Shown: positions 42,282 to 52,752 of the stretch, piece by piece | Position numbering within the stretch: the stretch's first letter is position 1 | Layout: every line of letters starts with the position of its first letter | Source of the DNA: Dehalococcoidia bacterium | GTDB taxonomy: Bacteria > Chloroflexota > Dehalococcoidia > Lucifugimonadales > G963668185 | Assembly (NCBI GenBank): GCA_963668185.1 | Contig: OY764162.1 | Coordinates: 852,754 to 916,753 of the forward strand | Reading direction: 5' to 3' | Length of the DNA: 64,000 bases | The notes under the pieces: generated by a model | The model's input: only the letters and a program-made list of their open reading frames with translations | The model's database searches: none | Told to the model about the DNA's origin: nothing | Program-made: the position numbers and the translations under genes

Positions 42282-43412
42282 TGAACTCGTTCAGATAGAT
42301 GTGAGACAGGGGGAGTTGTAAGGGAAAGAGAAAGGGACCATCCTTTGGGTGAGACAAACCAAGGAGGTCCCTGTATGCGGGTAGTAGGTCTACCCAAGCC
42401 ATTCTACCAGCTTGCCAAGGCTACACTGACAGACCTGCCTGCCGAAGCGCAGGAGCGATTGCGCATGGTGAACTGCTGGCAGGCGCTGAGACGGCGGGGA
42501 CTGTCCGGCTCCGAAGCGGCTGAAGCATTGGGCATGGCCCGCTCGACGCTGTACAGGTGGGACAGGGCGCTGAGGGAAGAGGGACCGGCCGGCCTGTGTG
42601 CCAAGAGCCGTCGTCCTCACAGGGTACGCGGTCCTACGTGGAGCGTGGAGTTGGCCGAGGCGGTGATGGAGATGAGGGAGCGGTATCCACGCTGGGGCAA
42701 GGACAAGTTGGTGGTGATGCTGAGGCGAGAGGGCTGGCAGGTGTCCACTTCGATGGTGGGCCGCATCCTGGCCAGTCTGAAGGTTCGCGGCGTACTCAAG
42801 GAACCTCCGCGACAGGGTGTAGCGGCGCGTAAGCGCGCCCGTGCCCGTCCCTATGCGGTGCGCAAGCCCAGGGAGTACCAGGCCGTCAATCCGGGCGACA
42901 TAGTGCAGGTGGACACGCTGGATGTCCGCCCCCTTCCGGGTATGGTGCTCAAGCACTTCACTGCGAGGGATGTGGTGTCGCGGTGGGACGTGATCGAGGT
43001 ACACACGCGAGCCACGTCGACGTTGGCGGCGCGGTTCCTGGACTCAATGCGTCGGCGCTTTCCGTTTCCGATCAAGGCGGTGCAGGTCGATGGGGGTTCT
43101 GAGTTCATGGCTGAGTTCGAGGCAGCGTGCCGGGACTACGGGATCAGACTGTTTGTGTTGCCGCCGCGATCCCCGAAGCTCAATGGCCACGTAGAGAGGG
43201 CGCAGCGTACCCACACTGAGGAGTTCTACGAACTGTATGACGGCGACCTCGAGATGGCGCCACTCAACAGAGCGCTTCTGGAATGGGAGCGCCTATACGA
43301 CACTGTCCGCCCACACCACTCACTGGACGGGCGCACTCCGGCCGAGTATCTTCAGCATCACCACCCGGACATGGTCTCGCCAAAACTGTCCCATATGTAC
43401 TGAACGAGTACA
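42282..43412 (+). mobile_element. IS481-family insertion sequence, copy 2 (1131 bp), inverted relative to copy 1
   Basis: Identical to copy 1 wherever I compared bases, and every six-frame ORF is reproduced residue for residue. The flanks (ACTGTC | TCCTAT) show no direct duplication. Confidence 0.9.
42375..43403 (+). CDS. IS481-family DDE transposase
   Basis: Identical protein to 21373-22401. Confidence 0.9.
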   Translation: MRVVGLPKPFYQLAKATLTDLPAEAQERLRMVNCWQALRRRGLSGSEAAEALGMARSTLYRWDRALREEGPAGLCAKSRRPHRVRGPTWSVELAEAVMEMRERYPRWGKDKLVVMLRREGWQVSTSMVGRILASLKVRGVLKEPPRQGVAARKRARARPYAVRKPREYQAVNPGDIVQVDTLDVRPLPGMVLKHFTARDVVSRWDVIEVHTRATSTLAARFLDSMRRRFPFPIKAVQVDGGSEFMAEFEAACRDYGIRLFVLPPRSPKLNGHVERAQRTHTEEFYELYDGDLEMAPLNRALLEWERLYDTVRPHHSLDGRTPAEYLQHHHPDMVSPKLSHMY

Positions 43413-43417
43413 TCCTA

Positions 43418-43447
43418 TTGACGGCGCATTGGAGACGCACGTAAAAT
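43418..43447 (+). promoter_or_regulatory. Possible promoter of the tRNA-tuf operon
   Basis: TTGACG, 18 nt spacer, TAAAAT. The motif CATTGACGGCG recurs at 43519. Confidence 0.35.
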
Positions 43448-43551
43448 GGTTGGTCGGTATGGCTAGTAGCCGGACCGCCTGGCGACTAGCCTCGCTTTGT
43501 AAGAGGCGGACTGGCAAGCATTGACGGCGGCGCAAGCCTTGCGGCAACTGG

Positions 43552-43625
43552 GCCCCAGTGGCGCAATCGGCAGCGCAGCCGATTTGTAATCGGCAGGTTA
43601 GCGGGTTCGAATCCCCTCTGGGGCT
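43552..43625 (+). tRNA. tRNA-Thr (TGT)
   Basis: GCCCCAG/CTGGGGC acceptor and GCCGA-TTTGTAA-TCGGC anticodon arm. My hand fold gives one C-C mismatch in the T stem and a 6-nt variable loop. Confidence 0.7.
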
Positions 43626-43695
43626 TCTGTGGCTCGGCTACGCCGACCGTATGGACAGAGAAAACCGGTGTGCTAAACTTACGATGCGAAATCCC

Positions 43696-43783
43696 GGAGG
43701 GGTGGGAGAGTGGTTAAATCCACCAGACTGTAAATCTGGCGCCCTGACGGGCTACGCAGGTTCGAATCCTGCCCCCTCCACCA
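43696..43783 (+). tRNA. tRNA-Tyr (GTA), class II with long variable arm, CCA encoded
   Basis: CCAGA-CTGTAAA-TCTGG anticodon arm. Overall pattern very close to E. coli tyrT. Confidence 0.9.
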
Positions 43784-43812
43784 GAAGAAGGCAAACAAAA
43801 AACACAGACCAG

Positions 43813-43888
43813 GCCCACATAGCTCAGTAGGCAGAGCGCGTTCTTGGTAAGAACGAGGTCAGCAGTTCGAGTCTGCTTGTGGGCTCCA
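43813..43888 (+). tRNA. tRNA-Thr (GGT), CCA encoded
   Basis: GCCCACA/TGTGGGC acceptor and CGTTC-TTGGTAA-GAACG anticodon arm. Confidence 0.9.
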
Positions 43889-43908
43889 CAACCTGGGAGG
43901 ATAGATAG

Positions 43909-45102
<1,194 letters not shown>

Positions 45103-45126
45103 CCCAACATAAGGACTTGGATTGCG

Positions 45127-45151
45127 CACAGCCCGCCGCGCGCGGGCTGTG
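45127..45151 (+). terminator. GC-rich hairpin between tuf and rpmG (attenuator or processing structure; no U tract)
   Basis: CACAGCCCGC-cgcgc-GCGGGCTGTG, a perfect 10-bp stem. Confidence 0.4.
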
Positions 45152-45172
45152 TGCTGAAGAAGGAATTGCCTG

Positions 45173-45340
45173 ATGGCAAAGCGTTCCGCCGTTCGAACTC
45201 TGATTACGCTCGCATGCCCCGACTGCAGGGAGCGGACGTATGAGACGGAGAAGAACCGCCGCAACGACCCGCAGCGGATCGAGGCCCGCAAGTACTGCCC
45301 CAGATGCCGCGTGCACACACTTCATAGAGAGGTGCGATAG
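45173..45340 (+). CDS. rpmG: 50S ribosomal protein L33
   Basis: 55-aa ORF below the track cutoff: '[55 protein letters not shown]'. Confidence 0.9.
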   Translation: MAKRSAVRTLITLACPDCRERTYETEKNRRNDPQRIEARKYCPRCRVHTLHREVR

Positions 45341-45343
45341 CTA

Positions 45344-45592
45344 ATGGCCCGCAGCGCAAGGAGCGGTTCGGGGCCCGGCGCCCGCGCGACGGCGTCGGAA
45401 GTAAGGCGAGGCTTCAGCACCCGCTTCATCTCTGAAGTCATCGGGGAGTTGAGGCGCGTCACCTGGCCAAGCAGGGAAGAGGCCATGAGGCTGACACTCA
45501 TGGTCATTGCGGTATCGGCGGCCATTGGACTCTTCCTGGGGCTGATCGACATGGGATTCGCCCGGTTGTTCGACGTGATCTTGGGGAACTGA
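45344..45592 (+). CDS. secE: Preprotein translocase subunit SecE
   Basis: 'EVIGELRRVTWPSREE' followed by a single TM helix. Canonical position between rpmG and nusG. Confidence 0.9.
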   Translation: MARSARSGSGPGARATASEVRRGFSTRFISEVIGELRRVTWPSREEAMRLTLMVIAVSAAIGLFLGLIDMGFARLFDVILGN

Positions 45593-45597
45593 TTCAG

Positions 45598-46167
45598 ATG
45601 ACAACAGCCAGACGTACCGAAGAGCCTGAAGCCGAGTGGTACATCATCCATGCCTACGCGGGGCATGAGATGCGCGTCAAGCAGAACCTCGATCAGCGCG
45701 TCACGACCATGGACATGAAGCACAAGATCTTCGATGTCGTCGTGCCGACCGAAGAGGAGGTCGAGATCAAGGGCGGGCAGCGTAAGCCGCGGGCGCGCCA
45801 GATCTTCCCGGGCTACATCCTGATCAATATGGTCATGGACGAAGAGAGTTGGCACGTTGTCCGGGACACTCCCGGCGTCACGGGATTCGTCACAACCGAG
45901 GATGAGACGGAGCGCCGCCCGAAGCCGGTGCCCCTCGACCAGAGAGAGGTCGACAACATCCTGAACCAGATCCAGTCGGACGAGCCCAGGGTCCGGGTAG
46001 GGTTCGCGAAGGGTGAAACGGTGAGGATCACGGACGGGCCGTTCGTGGATTTCATGGGAGGCGTGGACGAGGTCTTCCCGGAGCGGTCGAAGGTTCGCGT
46101 GCTCGTTTCGTTCTTCGGGCGCGAGACGCCGGTGGAACTGGACTTCCTTCAAATCGAGCGAGTGTAG
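45598..46167 (+). CDS. nusG: Transcription termination/antitermination factor NusG
   Basis: 'WYIIHAYAGHEMRVKQNL' (NGN domain) and a C-terminal KOW domain. Confidence 0.95.
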   Translation: MTTARRTEEPEAEWYIIHAYAGHEMRVKQNLDQRVTTMDMKHKIFDVVVPTEEEVEIKGGQRKPRARQIFPGYILINMVMDEESWHVVRDTPGVTGFVTTEDETERRPKPVPLDQREVDNILNQIQSDEPRVRVGFAKGETVRITDGPFVDFMGGVDEVFPERSKVRVLVSFFGRETPVELDFLQIERV

Positions 46168-46215
46168 GGCAGGGCGCGCCTTACTCGGCGCGCGCAGCAG
46201 GCAGAGGCAAAGAAG

Positions 46216-46647
46216 TTGGCCAAGAAAGTAATGACGGTGATAAAGCTCCAGATCGAAGCGGGGAAGGCCACGCCCGCCCCGCCGGTTGGCCCGGCGCTCG
46301 GGCAGCACGGCGTTAACATCATGCAGTTCGTGAAGGAGTACAACGAGCGCACCGCCTCTCAGGCGGGAAACATCGTTCCCGTTTCACTGACCGTTTTCCA
46401 GGACCGCTCCTTCAGCTTCGAGATTAAGACACCTCCCGCCTCAGACCTGCTTCGCAAGGCCGCGGGAGTGGAGAAGGGGAGCGGCAGCCCCAGGTTGGAG
46501 AAGATCGCGACGATTCCCCGCTCCGCCGTTGTGGAGATCGCGGAACAGAAACTTCGCGACCTGAATGCCGCCGACGTGGACGGCGCCGTGCGGATTATCG
46601 AGGGCACGGCCCGCAGCATGGGCATCCAGATCGACGCGAACGCATAG
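46216..46647 (+). CDS. rplK: 50S ribosomal protein L11
   Basis: '[37 protein letters not shown]'. TTG start. Confidence 0.97.
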   Translation: MAKKVMTVIKLQIEAGKATPAPPVGPALGQHGVNIMQFVKEYNERTASQAGNIVPVSLTVFQDRSFSFEIKTPPASDLLRKAAGVEKGSGSPRLEKIATIPRSAVVEIAEQKLRDLNAADVDGAVRIIEGTARSMGIQIDANA

Positions 46648-46662
46648 AGGAGGTCTTCACAA

Positions 46663-47376
46663 GTGCCAAGACACGGCAGAAGGTACGCGGACGCGCGGGG
46701 CCTCGTCACCGAAGACAGGGAGTACCAGCCGGAGGAGGCGGTCGCTCTCGCCAAGGAGACGGCGACGGCCAACTTCGATGAGACCGTGGAGCTGCATCTC
46801 CGCACGGGCTGCGACCCGCGCCACGCGGACCAGTTGGTGCGCGGCGTGGCGGTGCTGCCGCACGGAGTGGGAAAGCAGGTGCGCGTGATGGCGTTCGTGC
46901 AGGGCGAGACCGTCGCGCTGGCGCAGGAAGCCGGCGCCGACTTCATCGGCGACGATGAGACGGTAAAGAGAATCGAGGGCGGTTGGACAGACTTCGACGT
47001 CTCAGTGGCAACGCCCGACATGATGGGCAAGATCGGTAGGCTGGGGCGGGTGCTTGGACGCCGCGGCCTTATGCCGAACCCCCGGACCGGCACCGTCGTG
47101 CCGCCGGAAGACGTGCCTCGCGCGATCGAGGAAGCCAAGAAGGGCAGGGTAGAGTACAGGCTGGACCGTACGGCCCTCATCCACGTCCCCATCGGTCGCG
47201 CCAGCTTCGAGGACGAGCAGCTTATGGACAATATGACCATGCTCATGGACAACATCGTGAGGTCGCGTCCGAGCGGTGTGAAGGGCCAGTTCATTCGCTC
47301 CGCATTCCTGACAACTACGATGGGTCCAAGCATCCCGATGGACGTGGGCGCCGCAACCGCGCTTAAAGTAGAATAG
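46663..47376 (+). CDS. rplA: 50S ribosomal protein L1
   Basis: L1 signature regions and canonical position. GTG start. Confidence 0.95.
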   Translation: MPRHGRRYADARGLVTEDREYQPEEAVALAKETATANFDETVELHLRTGCDPRHADQLVRGVAVLPHGVGKQVRVMAFVQGETVALAQEAGADFIGDDETVKRIEGGWTDFDVSVATPDMMGKIGRLGRVLGRRGLMPNPRTGTVVPPEDVPRAIEEAKKGRVEYRLDRTALIHVPIGRASFEDEQLMDNMTMLMDNIVRSRPSGVKGQFIRSAFLTTTMGPSIPMDVGAATALKVE

Positions 47377-47544
47377 AGTCGCAGACTCGACACGGAAACA
47401 TCCGGCGCCAGAGGTTCTAATACAGCAAGAGCAACAAACAGAATAGCTTCAAGCCGCAGACAGCAGGCTCCCGTTACAGGGATTAAAACTTCAGCCTGCC
47501 CAGGCCGGCGCCGCAAGGCGTAGCAGCCACCCTGTCACAACAGG

Positions 47545-47574
47545 CCCCGAGTCTGCGGCTCGGGGTTTCTTCTT
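47545..47574 (+). promoter_or_regulatory. Terminator-like hairpin plus T tract in the rplJ leader (L10-leader-type attenuator candidate)
   Basis: CCCCGAG-tctgcgg-CTCGGGG followed by TTTCTTCTT, 19 nt before the rplJ ATG, inside a 216-nt leader. Confidence 0.5.
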
Positions 47575-47592
47575 GGGAAAGAATCGGAAGAT

Positions 47593-48126
47593 ATGCCTAC
47601 CGAAAAGAAGATACAGAGCGTAGAGAGAATCAAGAACTGGCTTCAGAACGCCACGATCGTCATCGCGACCGATCCGACGGGCATGGGTGTGAGCCAGATG
47701 ACGGATCTTCGCCGCGCTCTCCGCGAGAGTGGCATCGAGTACCGCGTGATCAAGAACACGCTGGCGCACCTTGCGGCGGACGCGGCGGGCACCCCGTGGG
47801 TGAAGGAGATCGTGGAAGGGCCCACCGGGATAGTGCTCGGCTACGGTGACGCGAGCGAGCCGGCGAAGATCCTCGACGGATACATCAGGGCAAACCGCAG
47901 CCCCCTGGCAATCAAGAAGGCGGCCTTTGAGAGTCGCGTGCTGTCAGCCGAGCAGGTCAGGACTCTGGCGACCCTGCCGTCCAAGGAAGTGCTGATTTCC
48001 CAACTCATGGGACAGTTGAACGCGCCGATTCAGGGCCTGGCGGGAGTGCTCAACGGGCCAGTGGGCGGATTCGCGCGAGTCCTACAGGGCCTGGCGGACC
48101 AGCGGGGTCAGGCGCAGGAGGCGTAG
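47593..48126 (+). CDS. rplJ: 50S ribosomal protein L10
   Basis: Canonical position and L10-like sequence. Confidence 0.93.
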   Translation: MPTEKKIQSVERIKNWLQNATIVIATDPTGMGVSQMTDLRRALRESGIEYRVIKNTLAHLAADAAGTPWVKEIVEGPTGIVLGYGDASEPAKILDGYIRANRSPLAIKKAAFESRVLSAEQVRTLATLPSKEVLISQLMGQLNAPIQGLAGVLNGPVGGFARVLQGLADQRGQAQEA

Positions 48127-48211
48127 CTTCGCGCCATTGGCAACTTTCCGGCTCGATCGAGTGGCATACGAATTGCATCAGGTTTCAAGGAAAACACAGG
48201 AGGCAGCAGAA

Positions 48212-48604
48212 ATGACGATGACCAAAGACGACATCATGACAGCCATCAAGGAGATGTCCGTCATGGACCTTGCCGAGCTCGTAAAGGAGCTTGAGGACAC
48301 GTTCGGCGTCAGCGCCGCGGCGCCGGTGGCGGTTGCCGCCGCTCCCGCCGCTGCCGGAGCGAACGGCGCGGCAGAGGCGGCCGAGGAGGAGAAGACCGAG
48401 TTCACGGTCACGCTCAAGGAGATCGGCGCCAACAAGATCAACGTGATCAAGGCTGTCCGCGCCATCACGCCTCTGGGCCTCAAGGAGGCCAAGGAGCTAG
48501 TGGAGAGCGCTCCCACGACGATCAAGGAAGAGGTCCCGCAGGACGAAGCGAACGAGGCTAAGGAGAAGCTGGAGGAGGCCGGCGCCACCGTCGAGGTGGC
48601 ATAG
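48212..48604 (+). CDS. rplL: 50S ribosomal protein L7/L12
   Basis: ATG at 48212 preceded by AGGAGG. '[26 protein letters not shown]', Ala-rich hinge, '[24 protein letters not shown]'. Confidence 0.95.
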   Translation: MTMTKDDIMTAIKEMSVMDLAELVKELEDTFGVSAAAPVAVAAAPAAAGANGAAEAAEEEKTEFTVTLKEIGANKINVIKAVRAITPLGLKEAKELVESAPTTIKEEVPQDEANEAKEKLEEAGATVEVA

Positions 48605-48615
48605 CTAACCGTGCT

Positions 48616-48639
48616 TGCGGCGCTGGCAACGGCGCCGCA
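48616..48639. terminator. Hairpin between the convergent rplL and peptidase genes
   Basis: TGCGGCGC-tggcaacg-GCGCCGCA. Confidence 0.45.
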
Positions 48640-48642
48640 GTC

Positions 48643-49719
48643 TCACTCCGTCAGCAGCGTCTCGCACAGGTGGGCGCAGTCCACGAGATCCGGAATAGTG
48701 ACGAACTCGCGGACCGTGTGCATGCCCGTGTCCGCCATGCCGACCACCACCGAACTGATCCCCCGGAGGCGGAACACGTTCCCGTCCGTTCCGCCTCCGG
48801 ACGGCAGCATCGTGGGGACGAGGCCCAGCTTTCCAAGCGCGTCCTTCACCAGCATCGTTGCCGGGTCGTCGTCCGTGAGCGTGTACGTCTCGAACTCGGT
48901 GTGGATGTGCTCGTCGATTACCCCTTCCGGGAAGGTTGCCCTCACGCGGTCCAGCGCCTCCTGGATCTGAAGCCGGACACCGTCCAGCGTCTCGATGTTC
49001 CTTGACCGGAACTCGCCTCGAATCACGGCGTTCTCAGGCACGGCGTTTCGCACCGTGCCGCCTTCGATCGTCCCCACGTTGAACGTCGTCTCATCGTCCA
49101 GCCGGCCCTGCGGCAGCCGCGTCAGTATCTCGGCCGCCATGCGTATCGCGGAGAGGCCCTTCTCAGGCTCGACTCCCGCGTGCGCCGCCCGTCCGGTGAT
49201 CTCGATGTCGAAGCCCACGTAGGTCGGGCTGGCCGACGTGATGCGGCTGCAGGGGCCCTCGCCGTCGAAGATGATCGCCTCCTGCGCCTTGAGGGCCGAG
49301 AAGTCCAGGTTGCGCGCTCCTACCAGGCCGATCTCCTCCTCCCGGGTGAACGCGACCTCTATGGCCCTGTGCTCCCGCTCGTCCTCCTTTATCGACTCCA
49401 GCGCCTCCAGTATCGCCGCCAGCCCTGCCTTGCAGTCTCCGCCGATGATCGTCGTGCCGTCGGACACTATCCGGTCCCCGTCGATGGAAGGCTTCACGCC
49501 CCGGCCAGGCTCCACGGTGTCCATGTGCGCCGAGAGCAGGAGCGGATTATCGCCGCCGTCGTTGGCGATGACGTTGCCGTAGTCGTCTCTGAAGACGTTG
49601 AGGCCCAGCGCCTCCAGCCGTTCCACGAGATGAAGTGCGATCTCCTCCTCCTCGCTTGAAACGGAGTCGATCCTGGCGAGGTCGCAGAACGTGCGCACGA
49701 GCCGGTCACGGTTGATCAT
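48643..49719 (-). CDS. M20/M42-type metallopeptidase (tripeptidase/deacylase-like)
   Basis: 'DRLVRTFCDLARIDSVSSEEEEIA...LLLSAHMDTVEPG'. Confidence 0.75.
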   Translation of the reverse strand: MINRDRLVRTFCDLARIDSVSSEEEEIALHLVERLEALGLNVFRDDYGNVIANDGGDNPLLLSAHMDTVEPGRGVKPSIDGDRIVSDGTTIIGGDCKAGLAAILEALESIKEDEREHRAIEVAFTREEEIGLVGARNLDFSALKAQEAIIFDGEGPCSRITSASPTYVGFDIEITGRAAHAGVEPEKGLSAIRMAAEILTRLPQGRLDDETTFNVGTIEGGTVRNAVPENAVIRGEFRSRNIETLDGVRLQIQEALDRVRATFPEGVIDEHIHTEFETYTLTDDDPATMLVKDALGKLGLVPTMLPSGGGTDGNVFRLRGISSVVVGMADTGMHTVREFVTIPDLVDCAHLCETLLTE

Positions 49720-49885
49720 CGAGGTCTCCTAATGGACTTGACTTGGTAGCAGGGCATCGGAATTGTAAGTTTGTCCCGAATGGGTAGGCAACCCCGAAAC
49801 TTCAGATAGCCGCCATCCGACACCGGTTTTATGGCCGAATCAGACAGGCGGACGTTAAACTAGCTGTACGTCCCTAACATGCACA

Positions 49886-50620
49886 TTGCCGGGGCTGGGG
49901 AACTTCGATTTGTCCGACAAAGACGCAACTCCATACACCACGCAGATCCGTGACCTACCCATTACCGAGCGCCCCCGCGAGCGTCTCCGTGAGGTGGGGC
50001 CTTCGGCGCTGAGCGACTCCGAGTTGCTGGCGATTCTGCTGAGCACCGGACGCAAGGGCAGAAGCGTGCTCGACGTCGCCACCAATATGGTGGCTAACGG
50101 CGGCGGCTTGAGCGGCCTGGCCGGCGCGTCCCATGCCGAGTTGTGCGAGTTTGACAGCGTCGGCGACGCCAAGGCCTGCACGATTCTCTCGGCCTTGGAG
50201 CTTGGCAAGCGGGCGCTTGCCGTTCGCAGGGACAACCGCGTGAGGATCAATTCTCCGCTCGACGTCTATAACCTGCTTGGGACTGAGATGGCGTTCCTGG
50301 ACCAGGAGAGCCTCAAGGTGCTGCTGCTGAACACCAAGAACGAGGTGTTGAGCGTGACGGAGGTGTACAAGGGCACTGTGGACTCGTCACTCGTGAGGGT
50401 GTCCGAGGTGCTGAGGCCGGCGATACGGGAGAACTGCCCGTCGATCATCATCGCGCACAATCACCCATCCGGCGACCCCGCTCCCAGCGCCGAGGACGTC
50501 TCGATCACGCGCCGCATCAGGGACGGCGGAGACACGATGGACATCAAGCTCCTAGATCACATCGTGATCGGCATGGGAACGTTCGTGAGCATGAAGGACA
50601 GGAACATGGGCTTCGACTAA
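49886..50620 (+). CDS. radC: RadC-family JAB/MPN domain protein
   Basis: 'ERPRERL...LSDSELLAILLSTG' and 'IIAHNHPSGDPAPSAED'. Start uncertain (TTG). Confidence 0.85.
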   Translation: MPGLGNFDLSDKDATPYTTQIRDLPITERPRERLREVGPSALSDSELLAILLSTGRKGRSVLDVATNMVANGGGLSGLAGASHAELCEFDSVGDAKACTILSALELGKRALAVRRDNRVRINSPLDVYNLLGTEMAFLDQESLKVLLLNTKNEVLSVTEVYKGTVDSSLVRVSEVLRPAIRENCPSIIIAHNHPSGDPAPSAEDVSITRRIRDGGDTMDIKLLDHIVIGMGTFVSMKDRNMGFD

Positions 50621-50664
50621 CGCGCGGTCTCAAGTCGCCGCCCGGTCAAAGAAGGAGTTAGAAC

Positions 50665-50970
50665 ATGTCAGTAGTTGATGGCCCCCTCGGGGAGATAGCG
50701 AGCGTAGTGCTGTACGAGAACGACGCGGTCCGCATCTGGAATCTGATCGTCGAGCCCGGCGAGAGCAGCGACTGGCACTTCCACGAGAACGACTACGTGA
50801 CCGTGGTGCTGGAGGGCGGCGGCCTGACCGTCGAGTACGACGACGGCTCGCGCGAGGATGGCTCCGCGTCGGTGGGCGACTGGCGCTTTCACGGCGAACA
50901 CCGGACACATCGCGTGCATAATCCCACCGACACCAGGTTCAAGAACCTGCTCATAGAGCTCAAGTCCTGA
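50665..50970 (+). CDS. Small cupin-domain protein
   Basis: 'GESSDWHFHENDY...HRVHN' are cupin His motifs. Confidence 0.6.
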   Translation: MSVVDGPLGEIASVVLYENDAVRIWNLIVEPGESSDWHFHENDYVTVVLEGGGLTVEYDDGSREDGSASVGDWRFHGEHRTHRVHNPTDTRFKNLLIELKS

Positions 50971-51070
50971 TTTGCCGTCATTCCGGCGTAGGCCGGAATT
51001 CATAGGATGTAGCAGTTCGCTCCTCAACTCTGAACGGCTACATCCTGAACCCATAGCCGGAGGCGAACAA

Positions 51071-52681
51071 GTGAAGATAACCATCATGGGGACCGGCGGC
51101 GTCGGCGGCTACTACGGCGGCCTGCTGGCGAAGGCCGGCCAGGACGTGACGTTTGTGGCGCGCGGCGAGCATCTGGAGGCGATCCTGGAGCGCGGGCTTC
51201 ACGTCGTCAGCCGGTCGTCCGGCGAGTTCACGGTGAAAGCTAAGGCCACGGCCACGCTGGACGGCACCGAGTCCGCCGATCTGATCATCTACTGCGTCAA
51301 GGGCTATGACAATGATGTAGCCATAGACCTCATTCGCCCTGCCGTGGGGCCTGACACGTCCATCCTCACCTTGCAGAACGGCATCGGCAGCGGTGACATG
51401 CTGGCGGCAGCCTTCGGCTCAGAGGGCATACTGCTGGGCGCTTCTTACGTTGACGCTCGTAAAACCGGCCCCGGTGAGATCGCAGAGATCGGCTTCGACC
51501 CAAGCATAGTCTTTGGCGTGGCCGGCGGAGGGGTAACGCCAACAGCGGAGCGTGTGCTCGAAGTTATGAAGGACGCGGGAATCCCGGCGACCCTGTCGGA
51601 AGACCCGGACCAGGTCATCTGGAGCAAGTTCATTTACATCTGCGGGCTGAGCGGCATGTTGTGCATCACCCGAGCCACTTTCCCCGAAATCATGGGATCC
51701 CTGGAGACGCGCGCCATGACGGAACAGGTGCTGCGAGAGGCGGAGGCGGTAGGCATCGCTAAAGGCGTGAGCGTACCGTCCAATCTCGTCGAAGACGTTC
51801 TCGCAGAGTTTGACGCAACCGGGGAGGACGACGGTTGGTCGTCCATGCGCACGGACCTCGATTCAGGCAACCGTCTCGAAGTCAGTGTGATCAATGGCGC
51901 AGCGGCGAGGATTGGCAGGGAAGTGGGCGTGGATACGCCCGCCAACGCGTTCATTGCAGCGTCCCTCGCGCCAGCTCACAACAGGGCCGTCGCTCAACTG
52001 GAGAGCTTGAAGGCCCAGGAGGTCATCGAGTCCTGGAACGAGATCTGGGAGGATGCCGACCACGCCTCCGCCGTCCACGACAAGGCGCTGGAGGAGATCG
52101 CGGGCAAGCTGACGCCCGGCCGCGCGCTCGAGTTCGGCTGCGGCGTGGGCGGCAACGCCCTCTGGCTGGCAGAGCAGGGCTGGGATGTGACAGCGCTCGA
52201 TTACTCGGACGTTGCCATTAGGAAGGGACAGGAGTTGGCCGCAGAGCGCGGCGTGGACGTGGAGTTCGTCGCCGCGGACGCAACCTCGTACCGCCCGGAC
52301 CGCCAATACGACCTCGTCGCGTCGTTCTACATCCAGCTTCCGCCGGAGGACCGGGCGCAGATGCTGTCCGCATCGGCAGACCTTCTTGCCCCGGGCGGCA
52401 CGCTGCTGTTCGTGGGCCACGACAAGACCGCTCCGCCACCTGGATGGAACGCCGAGGACCTGGAGTCTCTGACGACCGTTGAAGAAGTGACCGCCGAACT
52501 GCCGGGGCTGGAGATCGTCAGCGCCACGCTGATCGAGGACGACGGCGCACACATGGCGCACATGCGGGACCCGGACGAGGACCAGGGCCACGAGGACAGC
52601 AAGTCCCACGATGGGCACGACCACGACGAGGGCCACTCGCATGGCGCCAGCACTGCCGTGGTTGCTCGTAAGCCGGACTAG
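51071..52681 (+). CDS. Fusion of ketopantoate-reductase-like (ApbA/PanE) domain and class I SAM-dependent methyltransferase, with a His/Asp-rich tail
   Basis: 'VKITIMGTGGVGGYYGGLLAKAG' (GTG start at 51071). Later 'ALEFGCGVGGNALWLAEQGWDVTALDYS'. C-terminal 'DEDQGHEDSKSHDGHDHDEGHSHG'. Confidence 0.7.
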   Translation: MKITIMGTGGVGGYYGGLLAKAGQDVTFVARGEHLEAILERGLHVVSRSSGEFTVKAKATATLDGTESADLIIYCVKGYDNDVAIDLIRPAVGPDTSILTLQNGIGSGDMLAAAFGSEGILLGASYVDARKTGPGEIAEIGFDPSIVFGVAGGGVTPTAERVLEVMKDAGIPATLSEDPDQVIWSKFIYICGLSGMLCITRATFPEIMGSLETRAMTEQVLREAEAVGIAKGVSVPSNLVEDVLAEFDATGEDDGWSSMRTDLDSGNRLEVSVINGAAARIGREVGVDTPANAFIAASLAPAHNRAVAQLESLKAQEVIESWNEIWEDADHASAVHDKALEEIAGKLTPGRALEFGCGVGGNALWLAEQGWDVTALDYSDVAIRKGQELAAERGVDVEFVAADATSYRPDRQYDLVASFYIQLPPEDRAQMLSASADLLAPGGTLLFVGHDKTAPPPGWNAEDLESLTTVEEVTAELPGLEIVSATLIEDDGAHMAHMRDPDEDQGHEDSKSHDGHDHDEGHSHGASTAVVARKPD

Positions 52682-52752
52682 CCAGCCTCTCACATGCGGA
52701 GTGAGGGCCGTCCGACGGCGCCGGCAATGAACAGACCGATACGGAGGTAAGC

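Noticed and set aside
21364-43412. Calling the IS-bracketed 22-kb segment a functional composite transposon.
   Set aside because: Copy 1 has its own 5-bp duplication, so it was an independent insertion. The outer flanks of the two copies share no duplication, and the interior holds ordinary metabolic genes (amidase, FAD oxidoreductase, phosphatase). It is reported only as an IS pair able to mediate inversion.
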